In this document: piece after piece, positions 25,558-33,858 of the stretch
How positions within the stretch are numbered: position 1 is the first letter of the stretch
How the letters are laid out: each line of letters opens with the position of its first letter
From: a virus
Taxonomy: Duplodnaviria > Caudoviricetes
Virus record (IMG/VR): IMGVR_UViG_3300005611_000089
Span: 1-36,392 of that record
Length of the DNA: 36,392 bases
Direction: 5' to 3' (one strand)
Program-made: the position numbers and the translations under genes
Notes under the pieces: generated by a model
What the model saw: the letters and a program-made list of their open reading frames with translations, nothing else
What the model was told of the DNA's origin: nothing
Database searches by the model: none

Positions 25558-27554
25558 TAGTTGTTAGTCCTCACTTTACTCATTATAGCCAATATAGTCA
25601 TCGGTAGTGGTTGGTCCTGTCTGATGAATGCTCGCCCTTCCATATCATATCCGTGATTGAATGGTACATCCTTGTCACCGGAGAATCTGGGAGCTGCACT
25701 GTCCATCGGGTCTGCTGTATTTCTGAATTTGATTATATCAAGCTTATCTTCACTTGGCCCATACTTTGCACCTAGTGTATCAAAGAATCTTAATGTTAGC
25801 TGGGAAATTCTCTTTATCTTACCTTGAGCTGAACCATCCGCGGAGCCTGCTTCTATCCGCATTGTCTCTAGGTCAGACACATAACCTAAACCTACACTAG
25901 CTTTTTCAACAGCCCTATCAAGGGTTATCTGACCTGACGACACAACCTTATCCGCCTGCACTGCACCATCACCAAGCACTTGAACTGTCTCGCCTTCTAA
26001 GTGAGTAAGGCCAGTGATGGTAGTGGTGGATGCTCCGTCATACTGGATACCAGAATCAACGTAGAAGTCATCTGAATCTAAGGCGGTGATAGGGTCTCTA
26101 CCAACCTGTATAACTTCTATGTGTCTAACTGTTGTGCTGTTAACATACCGCTTAACACTAAGCCATATCTCATCTTCATTGTCGTTCGGTATCACACATA
26201 CGCTTTCTACTTGCGCTTGTGTTCCATTTGCATCTGATACCCCGCCCATGATGTGCTTATGCCATCCTATCACCTCTTGGTCACGCTCGTATGTCATGCC
26301 GAGTAATGTACCATCTTTCTTGACCATCCATACAATAGAGTCGGGTGTACGCTGGTACTCAAGTTCGGTGATACCTGTACCTGTTATGTGTTCAGATAGT
26401 AGGGTAAGGTCTGGTGCAGTGTAGCTGTCAGACTCAAATTGATAAGTAAACTGTCTTAGCTTCCTGCTTGCCCGCTGTGCAAACACTAGTACACCGTTGG
26501 CACGTACTGGCGTTATATAGGCGCTACCATATTCCGTCTGCCTAACAATCTTTATATTGCTTGGGGTTATCGCCTCTTCACGGCTAGATGCTGATAGAAG
26601 GAACTCACCACCTACCGTACCAATCGTAAGTGACTTACCACTACTAAGCCAGCGTATTGCATTAACTTGGTCTGAGGCTATTGTATACTTGACACTGTTG
26701 TCATCCTCTGCGCCGGTGGTGAAGTCATTGTATATGTTAGAACTACTGCCCCATATCGTTTGTGGGTCTGAGGTAGTTCCTGCGTACATTAGACGTTGTT
26801 CAAAAAAGGTTACACTGGATGGATAACCAGTAGTATCTGAGAATGCTCCAAGCCTCCAAGTGGTTTGTGCTGATGTGCTTACAAAGTTATCTATCACTGT
26901 CGCTGTTACTGATGTAGCCGTGGAGTAGGCCGTTATCATTGCGTATCCAAAATCACTGCCTTGGTCTATGCGTACATAACGTCCAACGTCAGTAGATACA
27001 AACAAGTTTGCTGATGCTGTTAGTGTGATACCACTACCTGTCGTTGCGCTCGGAGCTATAGTTGTAGTACCAATGTTCTCATCAAGGAAAGGTGGTACAA
27101 CCCACGTCTCGTCAGCGATACTGAATGTATCCACCGCTGTTCGTGATAGTCTACGTGGGGGATGGTTAGGATGAACAATGAATAAGACATCTGCTGACTG
27201 TACGAATTGTAGCTCAAATAGTTCCGCTTCTAAGTAGTTGGTAGCTATCTCACTAGATACGTTTATCTGGCTTTGGTCTCGGTAGAACCTACAGTAGAGG
27301 TTCCCGAACTCGATAACGTAGGCTTGCTCTACAGAGAACTGGAAAGGGATAAGCCTAACCTTCTGAGAACCAGTCTTGTTAGATGCTATGTACTTCGTAC
27401 CGCCACGGCGGGTTACTCCACCATGAGGATAGATGAGCATGTTCTTTAAGGTTTGAACTCCATTGGCATATTTCGATATATCTACCCTGCCTTCTAGGCG
27501 TGGGGATAATTCACCAGCGGTAAAGTTCGTCTGTATGTAGGATGCTTTAGGCAT
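25557..27554 (-). CDS. Tail tubular protein B (nozzle)
   Basis: NFTAGELSPRL.GR.D, GGVTRRGGT, QSADVL, GYPSSVTFFEQRL motifs; 665 aa, beta-rich. Confidence 0.9.
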   Translation of the reverse strand: MPKASYIQTNFTAGELSPRLEGRVDISKYANGVQTLKNMLIYPHGGVTRRGGTKYIASNKTGSQKVRLIPFQFSVEQAYVIEFGNLYCRFYRDQSQINVSSEIATNYLEAELFELQFVQSADVLFIVHPNHPPRRLSRTAVDTFSIADETWVVPPFLDENIGTTTIAPSATTGSGITLTASANLFVSTDVGRYVRIDQGSDFGYAMITAYSTATSVTATVIDNFVSTSAQTTWRLGAFSDTTGYPSSVTFFEQRLMYAGTTSDPQTIWGSSSNIYNDFTTGAEDDNSVKYTIASDQVNAIRWLSSGKSLTIGTVGGEFLLSASSREEAITPSNIKIVRQTEYGSAYITPVRANGVLVFAQRASRKLRQFTYQFESDSYTAPDLTLLSEHITGTGITELEYQRTPDSIVWMVKKDGTLLGMTYERDQEVIGWHKHIMGGVSDANGTQAQVESVCVIPNDNEDEIWLSVKRYVNSTTVRHIEVIQVGRDPITALDSDDFYVDSGIQYDGASTTTITGLTHLEGETVQVLGDGAVQADKVVSSGQITLDRAVEKASVGLGYVSDLETMRIEAGSADGSAQGKIKRISQLTLRFFDTLGAKYGPSEDKLDIIKFRNTADPMDSAAPRFSGDKDVPFNHGYDMEGRAFIRQDQPLPMTILAIMSKVRTNN

Positions 27555-27556
27555 AC

Positions 27557-28114
27557 TTAAAACCTGCTGTTAAGCCACTCGTCCGCAAGGATTGGGTATG
27601 GTATACCTTCTTGCCCGTTAATACTTTTAGCTTTACGCAAAGCTTGCTCCGCGTCGCGTGCTAATAGGTCGGTTAATGTATTGTTGTCTGATAAGTTATA
27701 AGCTAATCTTGACGCTAGTGTGTTCCACATAACATCTACGAATACACTATCAAATTGCGCTGTGTCTTCTATACGCGCTATGTATTCTATCTTGGCTGTG
27801 TCTGTGTTGGCTAACAGCTTCTTACCTTCTACCCTGAATTCTAAATTCTTATTGTCAAGGTACATTACACGAAGGCAGTCAGCGGGTAGCTGATATTCGG
27901 ATGTAAATTCAAATGCTGGGGTTGTTGTAAGCTTCGCTAGTTCCACACGCTTAATAGCAAAGTTCCATGGGTGGGAACGGAGTAAGCTATCTCTGGTGTC
28001 AGCGTAGAAAAGGTTGCATAATCTTGCAGCCTTGGAGGCTTCGGTCAGGGAGATGATTGTATCTTCACCTATCTTAGTTAATGCAAAGTTGCAAATATCT
28101 ACTTCAGAGGCCAT
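27557..28114 (-). CDS. Tail tubular protein A (adaptor)
   Basis: SEVDICNFALTKIG, HPWNFAIKR, YQLPADCLR motifs. Confidence 0.9.
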   Translation of the reverse strand: MASEVDICNFALTKIGEDTIISLTEASKAARLCNLFYADTRDSLLRSHPWNFAIKRVELAKLTTTPAFEFTSEYQLPADCLRVMYLDNKNLEFRVEGKKLLANTDTAKIEYIARIEDTAQFDSVFVDVMWNTLASRLAYNLSDNNTLTDLLARDAEQALRKAKSINGQEGIPYPILADEWLNSRF

Positions 28115-28127
28115 TCTCTCACCTTAT

Positions 28128-28154
28128 AAATTAAAGGGGCACTATGTACCCCTT
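28128..28154 (-). terminator. Terminator after the capsid/decoration genes
   Basis: Minus strand AAGGGGTAC-ATA-GTGCCCCTT-TAATTT. Confidence 0.7.
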
Positions 28155-28173
28155 GTCTAGTCTTAGGGTTATC

Positions 28174-28677
28174 TTAGTCTAAAGTATAGAACAACTCTAG
28201 GGTAAGAGTACCTCCAACGTTAACTGCTGCGTCTTTCAAAGTGATTTTGATATCTAATTCACCTTTAGGGTCAGAAGTTTGGCCGTTTACGTGCTCATAC
28301 AATTTCTTGCCATAGTTAGCTACGTCTTTAACTACTGATGCCTCAATAGCTGCTGCTGCTGAAATACCGTCGTTAAGTGCGTCGTCGTCATCTGTGATAA
28401 CAGACTTGCCATCTAGGTTGAACACGCCAATATCTAAAGTAGGTGCGCCAGATGAAGCTAGGTCATCACCGTATAATTTAGATGCACCTAGGATTACAGC
28501 GTTGCTTGGTAAGCGAGCCATCAAGTAAGTAGAGGTTGCAGAGTCAGCGGAACCAACTTCTACAGTCTCAACTAAGCTTCTTACTGCACCGCCAGAAATT
28601 CCCGGATTTGCAAATTGCGAAGGGTTTGCATCAAGACCAGTGATGATTTTAGAACCCTTTAAGTTTACTACTGCCAT
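28174..28677 (-). CDS. Capsid decoration/cement protein
   Basis: 167 aa, beta-rich, directly after the major capsid gene and before a terminator. Confidence 0.7.
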   Translation of the reverse strand: MAVVNLKGSKIITGLDANPSQFANPGISGGAVRSLVETVEVGSADSATSTYLMARLPSNAVILGASKLYGDDLASSGAPTLDIGVFNLDGKSVITDDDDALNDGISAAAAIEASVVKDVANYGKKLYEHVNGQTSDPKGELDIKITLKDAAVNVGGTLTLELFYTLD

Positions 28678-28695
28678 TTTAATTTACCTTTTCAA

Positions 28696-29559
28696 TTATT
28701 CAGCACAAGCGATTTCAACAACTTTCTCTTCTTCCATACGAGTAGCACCGAACATTTCAGAACGGAAAACTTGTACAGAGTAAGACTTGTCAGCACGCTC
28801 AGTGATGCGAGTTTGGTTGCCGTTGTTACCAGTTGCAAGTAAAAGACCATCTTCGGCCCATGCAATAACTTGACGGTCACCATTGCTATCAGTGGTTAAA
28901 CGTTGAGTTTGGACGAACTTGAAGCCCATGAATGTGTCTACTTCACCTTGTACCAAAGCTTTAACACTATTGTAATCAGCATCGATTACTTCAGTAGTCG
29001 CTAACAAATCATCTAACTGTTTAGCAGTGATAGCCATGTAACGTGGAATATCTGGGTCAACGTCAGCAGCGTTAAGCTTCTGTGCAGCCGCACGGAGTTT
29101 AGCTAAAGTCAAACCAGAAGAGTTAACAGCAATCTTTTGGCTTGCTGGAAGCGCTACGATAGTGTCGCCATTCTTACCAGTCTTAGCATTGCCTAGAGCC
29201 GCTTCAATTATGATATCATCTTTAGCTTTGTTCATAGCCATCATTGCAGATTTAGCATAATGTGAAGTTGGGTCAATAAGCATCTTAACTTTATCTGCGT
29301 GGTCGATAAGGTCGGCCCACTCAAAAGTGCTAAGAGTTACAGCGCGGCGTGAGTGTGGGGTGTCGATGCGAGGTGTGTCAGCATGACGTGAAGTACGAGC
29401 GATTGCGGCAGTTTCACCAATTTGCTCATAAAAACCAATCTCGCCATTCTGGCTTTCCATGCGGACTTTACCCATGAAGCGAGAATCTTTTTGCTGTGAA
29501 AGCAAATCAATGTTAGCACCGAATTGGTTAACAAATGCGGTAGTTATTTCGAAAGACAT
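28696..29559 (-). CDS. Major capsid protein
   Basis: ITTAFVNQF...LLSQQKDSR, RHADTP, DYNSVKALVQGEVDTFMGFKF, GATRMEEEKVV. Confidence 0.93.
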   Translation of the reverse strand: MSFEITTAFVNQFGANIDLLSQQKDSRFMGKVRMESQNGEIGFYEQIGETAAIARTSRHADTPRIDTPHSRRAVTLSTFEWADLIDHADKVKMLIDPTSHYAKSAMMAMNKAKDDIIIEAALGNAKTGKNGDTIVALPASQKIAVNSSGLTLAKLRAAAQKLNAADVDPDIPRYMAITAKQLDDLLATTEVIDADYNSVKALVQGEVDTFMGFKFVQTQRLTTDSNGDRQVIAWAEDGLLLATGNNGNQTRITERADKSYSVQVFRSEMFGATRMEEEKVVEIACAE

Positions 29560-29600
29560 TATTTATATCCTGTGTAGTTAAACAAAATGTTTTAAGGTTT

Positions 29601-29716
29601 GCCTAGCTTTAGGATTGTCAGTCGCCTGATCCCTACACTAGAAGATATTCATTCAAGTTAAGGTTCAGGCCACGTAGTGGTTATCTGAGGTAGTAGCTAG
29701 TATTTCGCTACAAGGC
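29601..29716 (-). promoter_or_regulatory. Structured 5' leader of the major capsid mRNA
   Basis: Hairpins at 29665-29688 and 29611-29633, each with a YAA bulge; the second has a GCGA tetraloop. Confidence 0.65.
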
Positions 29717-29719
29717 TTC

Positions 29720-29748
29720 AATATAAAGGCTGGTCTTACCAGTGTCAA
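29720..29748 (-). promoter_or_regulatory. Sigma70 promoter for the capsid gene
   Basis: TTGACA (29748-29743), 17-nt spacer, TATATT (29725-29720); upstream A-tract. Confidence 0.8.
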
Positions 29749-29760
29749 CACTTTTTTACA

Positions 29761-30110
29761 GATGGTAGGTTATTTTAGACATAGTGGTCATTTAGACCTT
29801 TGGTGGTAAATGGATTACCTGACAAAGTTCTTTCACTGTGTTCTATGTGTACTCGATATGCAGAACTGTATTTCTCTTCCTGTCAAGAAGGGTAACCAGA
29901 GCCATCTGATAGTTGGTAGCTATCGGCTGTTATACTGGGTTTACCACCATCACCTGCTTTATCCTCGGTCTCAAAGTTGTTACACATAGCAGCTTGTTAC
30001 TTGTTGTCCTCGTATAAGTCTTAGTAAGCTATGTAAGACTCCAGTGACTAGCACCTTGAAAAGCTTGTTCCTGACTAAAAGCTACGAGACAATTAGCCAG
30101 TACCTACATT
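29761..30110. ncRNA. Candidate large structured non-coding RNA of unknown class
   Basis: No ORF of 60 aa or more; many nested inverted repeats including a perfect 10-bp long-range pair 29801-29810 / 29940-29949. Confidence 0.55.
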
Positions 30111-30135
30111 ATAGACTATAATTGAGGTATAGCAA
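30094..30135. promoter_or_regulatory. Palindrome ATTATAG-A-CTATAAT supplying a -10 on both strands
   Basis: Plus: TAGCCA (30094-30099), 17 nt, TATAAT (30117-30122). Minus: TTGCTA (30135-30130), 16 nt, TATAAT (30113-30108). Confidence 0.5.
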
Positions 30136-30152
30136 AAACAGGGGACAGGGTT

Positions 30153-30389
30153 ATGAAGCAATGGATGAAGGAAATAAAATACTTTTTAGTGGAAAGATTC
30201 ATCGGCACTGCCCGTTGGTATCAGATAGAGTGTGAACAGCCACACCGTAACCCTGACAACTTTGAAATCAAATGTAAGATGGTTAACCCCAACGTTGCTG
30301 TGATGGATATGGAATCCTTCCGTAAGAGTAAGGTAGTTAAGGAACAATGCGAGGCAGCCCTTAGAATAGTAGAGAGACAAAACAAATGA
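30153..30389 (+). CDS. Hypothetical protein, 78 aa, coupled to the HigA-like gene
   Basis: ATGA overlap with 30386; opposite strand to the head module. Confidence 0.65.
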   Translation: MKQWMKEIKYFLVERFIGTARWYQIECEQPHRNPDNFEIKCKMVNPNVAVMDMESFRKSKVVKEQCEAALRIVERQNK

Positions 30390-30694
30390 ATTATGAATAT
30401 GCACAATCCCCCGCTGAGTTACTGAAGGAAGTAATGGATGACCTCATCTTGGATGTGTGGGAATTATCGGAGATGTCAGGGATACCTGCTGAAGAGTTAG
30501 AGGCAATCCTGCAAGACAGGCAAGCAGTAACTCTTGACGATGCATTGTTGTTAGAGCTGGCTATTGGAGTTCCTTTTGAGCAGTGGCTTGACCTTGAGGA
30601 AGCATACCAGAAAGTATTATCTAACCTGTCCGAGGATGAGATTAACAGAGCACTGGACAACTCTCACCTACGCTCAATCAAGAAGTACCACTAA
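30386..30694 (+). CDS. HigA-family antitoxin-like HTH protein, unusually acidic
   Basis: SPAELLKE...ELSEMSGIP...AILQDRQAVTLDDALLLELAIGVPFEQWLDLEEAYQ follows the HigA pattern (P.E.L.E...LA..LG.....II.G...IT...AL.L....G.....WLNLQ..Y). Confidence 0.75.
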   Translation: MNYEYAQSPAELLKEVMDDLILDVWELSEMSGIPAEELEAILQDRQAVTLDDALLLELAIGVPFEQWLDLEEAYQKVLSNLSEDEINRALDNSHLRSIKKYH

Positions 30695-30696
30695 AC

Positions 30697-30727
30697 AAAA
30701 AGCCCCAATCAAGGGGCTTCTTATTTT
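30697..30727. terminator. Bidirectional terminator between the HigA-like and scaffold genes
   Basis: AAAA-AGCCCC-AATCAA-GGGGCT-TCTTATTTT. Confidence 0.8.
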
Positions 30728-30737
30728 CCTGAGTTCC

Positions 30738-31574
30738 TTATTCTGGGAACTGTAACTTAAATAACTCTTGAACCTGCCTGTTAATGGCTTTGTGTTCTGG
30801 GTGGTTACGGTTGGTGTATGCAGGATTAGCCATAAGCTGTGCTTGTTTATCCTGTAGCTGTGCTGGTGTTAAGGCCATCTCTGCACCTTTACCTTCCAAC
30901 TTGCCAGACTCCATCATACCTTTACCAATGCTTGACATAAGCTTAACAATCGCTGGGTGGTCACCTAGGGCAACGTTACCGACGAGTGTATTCTTAAGGA
31001 AGTCCATTGTGCTTTCATCTGCAAACTCACCTACTGCACGCTTGTAGATTTCAACGTTCTGGTCGTAAGCATTACCCCATTCTTTCTTAAGACCATCTAA
31101 GGCTTCCTGTGTGGACTGCTCGAACGTTTTGTTTAGGTTCTCCATAGATTCCTGTGTAGAAGAGAAATCGAACTCAGCGAGCGCCTCAGCTTGTTTTTGA
31201 GATAGTCCTATACTGTGGGCCAACTCTAGGAACTTACCTTGGCGAGCTTCATCTACTTCCACACCTTCTGGAGCTTTAATCTCATAACCGGTAGGCTCTT
31301 CTGGTCTGCCTAACTTGGCATACGTGTTAGCCCAGTCATCTTCTGTTACCGGCATGGGAATTTTATCTGCACCGATTAGGTGCTGAACATTGATGTAGCT
31401 CTTTGCCAACTCTTCTGCACTGTTAAACTTAGTGATGTTCTGGTTTTCGCGGATGTCCTCTGCGAACACATCATACCATGCACCGTTGTCTGTTGCAGGC
31501 TGTGCTACACTCTCTGCCGGTGCTCCACCATCTACTGGCTCATCGTTCATGATTCTTTCATTAAGCTTAAACAT
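30738..31574 (-). CDS. Capsid scaffolding protein
   Basis: ELAKSY..., KLGRPEEPTGY, GLSQKQA, LKKEWG.AYD, LGDHPAIVK, HPEHK; lies between portal and capsid. Confidence 0.88.
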   Translation of the reverse strand: MFKLNERIMNDEPVDGGAPAESVAQPATDNGAWYDVFAEDIRENQNITKFNSAEELAKSYINVQHLIGADKIPMPVTEDDWANTYAKLGRPEEPTGYEIKAPEGVEVDEARQGKFLELAHSIGLSQKQAEALAEFDFSSTQESMENLNKTFEQSTQEALDGLKKEWGNAYDQNVEIYKRAVGEFADESTMDFLKNTLVGNVALGDHPAIVKLMSSIGKGMMESGKLEGKGAEMALTPAQLQDKQAQLMANPAYTNRNHPEHKAINRQVQELFKLQFPE

Positions 31575-31875
31575 CTTTCTTCTCCACGTTCGTTATAAAG
31601 TCACGTTCATTCCAGTTAAGTTTTTGTAGGATTGTCAGGGCGACATCCCGTCTTGCTTCACGAATAATAATACTGTTAGTGTCTGTACTACCCACCAAAG
31701 GTTCCAAGATGTGGCAGTAGGACAGGATATCCTCTAACACTCTCTTACCTTGGGTGGTATTAAACACTTGACTATAATCAATTCTTAGTTGATTTAGCCT
31801 TTCCAGTTGACTTAGATGCTGGTGTCTTTCCTGCATTGTTGGAATTGTTTGCATTTGCCTTTTCCTCTTTCTCAA
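31567..31875 (-). CDS. Head-module small protein (Bbp19-like); true start may be 31836 or 31854
   Basis: YSQVFNTTQGKRVLEDI...EARRDVALTI motif, found between portal and scaffold. Confidence 0.75.
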   Translation of the reverse strand: MRKRKRQMQTIPTMQERHQHLSQLERLNQLRIDYSQVFNTTQGKRVLEDILSYCHILEPLVGSTDTNSIIIREARRDVALTILQKLNWNERDFITNVEKKDV

Positions 31876-32017
31876 GTTGGATAGTGGGGGCTAGATAGTT
31901 GACGTGGCGTTGTGAACATTTAATGGTGTTGCAACGGACAAACTTACCTTCTTGATGGTATTGCATCTGTCCATTACACTCACCGCAAAGTACTTCTACT
32001 CTGATTTGTGCTTTCAT
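31778..32017 (-). CDS. Small Cys-containing protein (CxxC...CxxxxC)
   Basis: AAGGA RBS; ATGA overlap with the portal stop codon. Confidence 0.55.
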   Translation of the reverse strand: MKAQIRVEVLCGECNGQMQYHQEGKFVRCNTIKCSQRHVNYLAPTIQLEKEEKANANNSNNAGKTPASKSTGKAKSTKN

Positions 32018-33615
32018 TGTCCTTGGTTCCTTTCAGCTTCTGATACAGTTTTAGCTACATCCCCTGCTTGCTGAGCTTTCATTAGCTGCTCTTGCTGCTG
32101 GGCCTGTTCTGCTTGTGCTTGTCTCTGGGCGTCTCTATCATCCTCATTTGATAGTTTGTCCATAGATACACCAAACACTTGCAAGGTGTCACGCAACAAC
32201 TTATCTGAGTTTAAATTGTCAGTAAGTAGCTGTGGGTTAATCTGTAAGAGTGGCCCCATAGTTTCGATACTACGTAGGAAACCTTGAGCCTCTTGCTGTT
32301 TCTGTGCCTGTGCCACTGCGCCGGTGAATTCAAATTCAAACTCAGCAGGCATTGACTCAGGTGGTTGTCCAAACTTACCTTGACGGAATAGTATTCCGAA
32401 CACACGGTCAAGTGTTGGGTACAGAAACTCCGACTGCACACGCCCGAGGATAGGGGCCATGAGGCGGGTCTTCTCTTCCGTACGCTGTAACACTTCTGTT
32501 GCTGTCATCTGTGGGCTACCTGCAAGCTGTAGCTGGTCAACAAAGAACACTGACCTAATCTTGTCCGTCAGGTATGCCACCATATCCAAACCAATGTTAG
32601 GATTCGCACTTGGTAGCTGACCAATCGCTTGATTCGCACTAAGGCCATTAGAGCTATCGAATACATTGATACCGCTTGGCGTTGTGCGTAGTGGCTGAAG
32701 GAATGCACCAGACGGGAGCAACAAAGCTGGGTCAACTGTCTTCTGTGCACCCTTGATAGTCACCTTCATTATCTCGTTAAGGAGCTTGATGTCAGGTAAT
32801 GCCGTCATTGCTGGGCTTCTTCCATACACTTCCATAGGTGACTTGTAGAATCTTCCCACTGGTAGTGGGTGCTCATGGTAGCCACCTTCCTCAAGGATTA
32901 ACTCGTCGGCTTTAAGCACGTAGACGCTTTCAATAGGTAGGTTCTTGGCGTCCTTCTTGTTGTCGTCATAGTTATCGCGGGGTTTAATGCAATGTATGAT
33001 GTCAAAGGTTTTATCAACTTCACCCTTAGAGTGATGCTTATTAACCACCTCGCTACCATTGTCCGGCCACCTTTCCATTATCTGGTTCACCGTGTACTCA
33101 AACTTCCTGAACACCGTGTCAATCTTGTTACTCGCACCCTCTGCCACTACAATTTCACTCAAAGAACGGGCCTGAAACCTTAATCCGCTTAGGTTTTCCT
33201 GCTCTTCAATTATCATAGCCGCAGTGCCGAAGGCACAAAACTCTGTAAAATATTCGTATGCAGCAGTGTAAAACCCGCTATCTGCCGCATTTATCTGGCG
33301 TAGCATCTCTTCACCCGCGGCATCTAGCCAGCGGGCGGCCTCTTCATCCATGTTCTCAGTGTTAGCTTTAAACCATTTAGTGGATGGGTTGACATTCAGG
33401 GCCACCATAGCAGAGGCCAACAACTCATTTGCGTGTATAGGTGACGAGTCGAACACCTTAGTCATGCGCTTCTCACCTGCTGAACGCTTAGTATCAAAGT
33501 CATCACGACGTGGGTACACAAGCTCTGCTATTTCACGCCAGTGGGAATCCCAGTTACCACGGTTCCCCTTCAGCGTGTCATAGCGCTTGATTACATTCTG
33601 GGCTTTGCTCATCAT
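32014..33615 (-). CDS. Portal (head-tail connector), T7 gp8/BPP-1 type
   Basis: FGTAAM, EVYGRSPAMTALPD, MTATEVLQRTEE, LGRVQSEFL motifs. Confidence 0.95.
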   Translation of the reverse strand: MMSKAQNVIKRYDTLKGNRGNWDSHWREIAELVYPRRDDFDTKRSAGEKRMTKVFDSSPIHANELLASAMVALNVNPSTKWFKANTENMDEEAARWLDAAGEEMLRQINAADSGFYTAAYEYFTEFCAFGTAAMIIEEQENLSGLRFQARSLSEIVVAEGASNKIDTVFRKFEYTVNQIMERWPDNGSEVVNKHHSKGEVDKTFDIIHCIKPRDNYDDNKKDAKNLPIESVYVLKADELILEEGGYHEHPLPVGRFYKSPMEVYGRSPAMTALPDIKLLNEIMKVTIKGAQKTVDPALLLPSGAFLQPLRTTPSGINVFDSSNGLSANQAIGQLPSANPNIGLDMVAYLTDKIRSVFFVDQLQLAGSPQMTATEVLQRTEEKTRLMAPILGRVQSEFLYPTLDRVFGILFRQGKFGQPPESMPAEFEFEFTGAVAQAQKQQEAQGFLRSIETMGPLLQINPQLLTDNLNSDKLLRDTLQVFGVSMDKLSNEDDRDAQRQAQAEQAQQQEQLMKAQQAGDVAKTVSEAERNQGQ

Positions 33616-33617
33616 AG

Positions 33618-33854
33618 TTAGCTACCTAGCTTGTCATTACCTGTTAGGATAGTGGACTGTCTTCCACCAGCTTTGATTTTACGTCTACGCTCTAAATCTT
33701 TGTTAGCTGCAATCTCAGCCGCTGCTGCCTTTTGAAGCTCGGCCTTCTTTGCTGCTGCTGCAACTGCTTTCTGTGGGTCTACAGCCTTGGGCTTATCTGG
33801 TGCCAGACCAATTGCCTTGAATATTTTACCGAATAAACCTTTGCTTCCGCACAT
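33618..33854 (-). CDS. Small basic virion-associated protein upstream of the portal
   Basis: MCG start, K/A-rich, GRQSTILT...LG ending. Confidence 0.75.
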   Translation of the reverse strand: MCGSKGLFGKIFKAIGLAPDKPKAVDPQKAVAAAAKKAELQKAAAAEIAANKDLERRRKIKAGGRQSTILTGNDKLGS

Positions 33855-33858
33855 ATCA

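Noticed and set aside
28692-28883. T7 gp10B-style frameshift extension of the capsid protein
   Set aside because: The alternative frame stops 4 nt past the capsid stop codon, so it would add no extension.
29761-30110. tRNA, tmRNA or group I intron identity for the structured element
   Set aside because: No T-loop GTTCRA, CCA end, tag reading frame or recognisable P7 core, and no interrupted gene.
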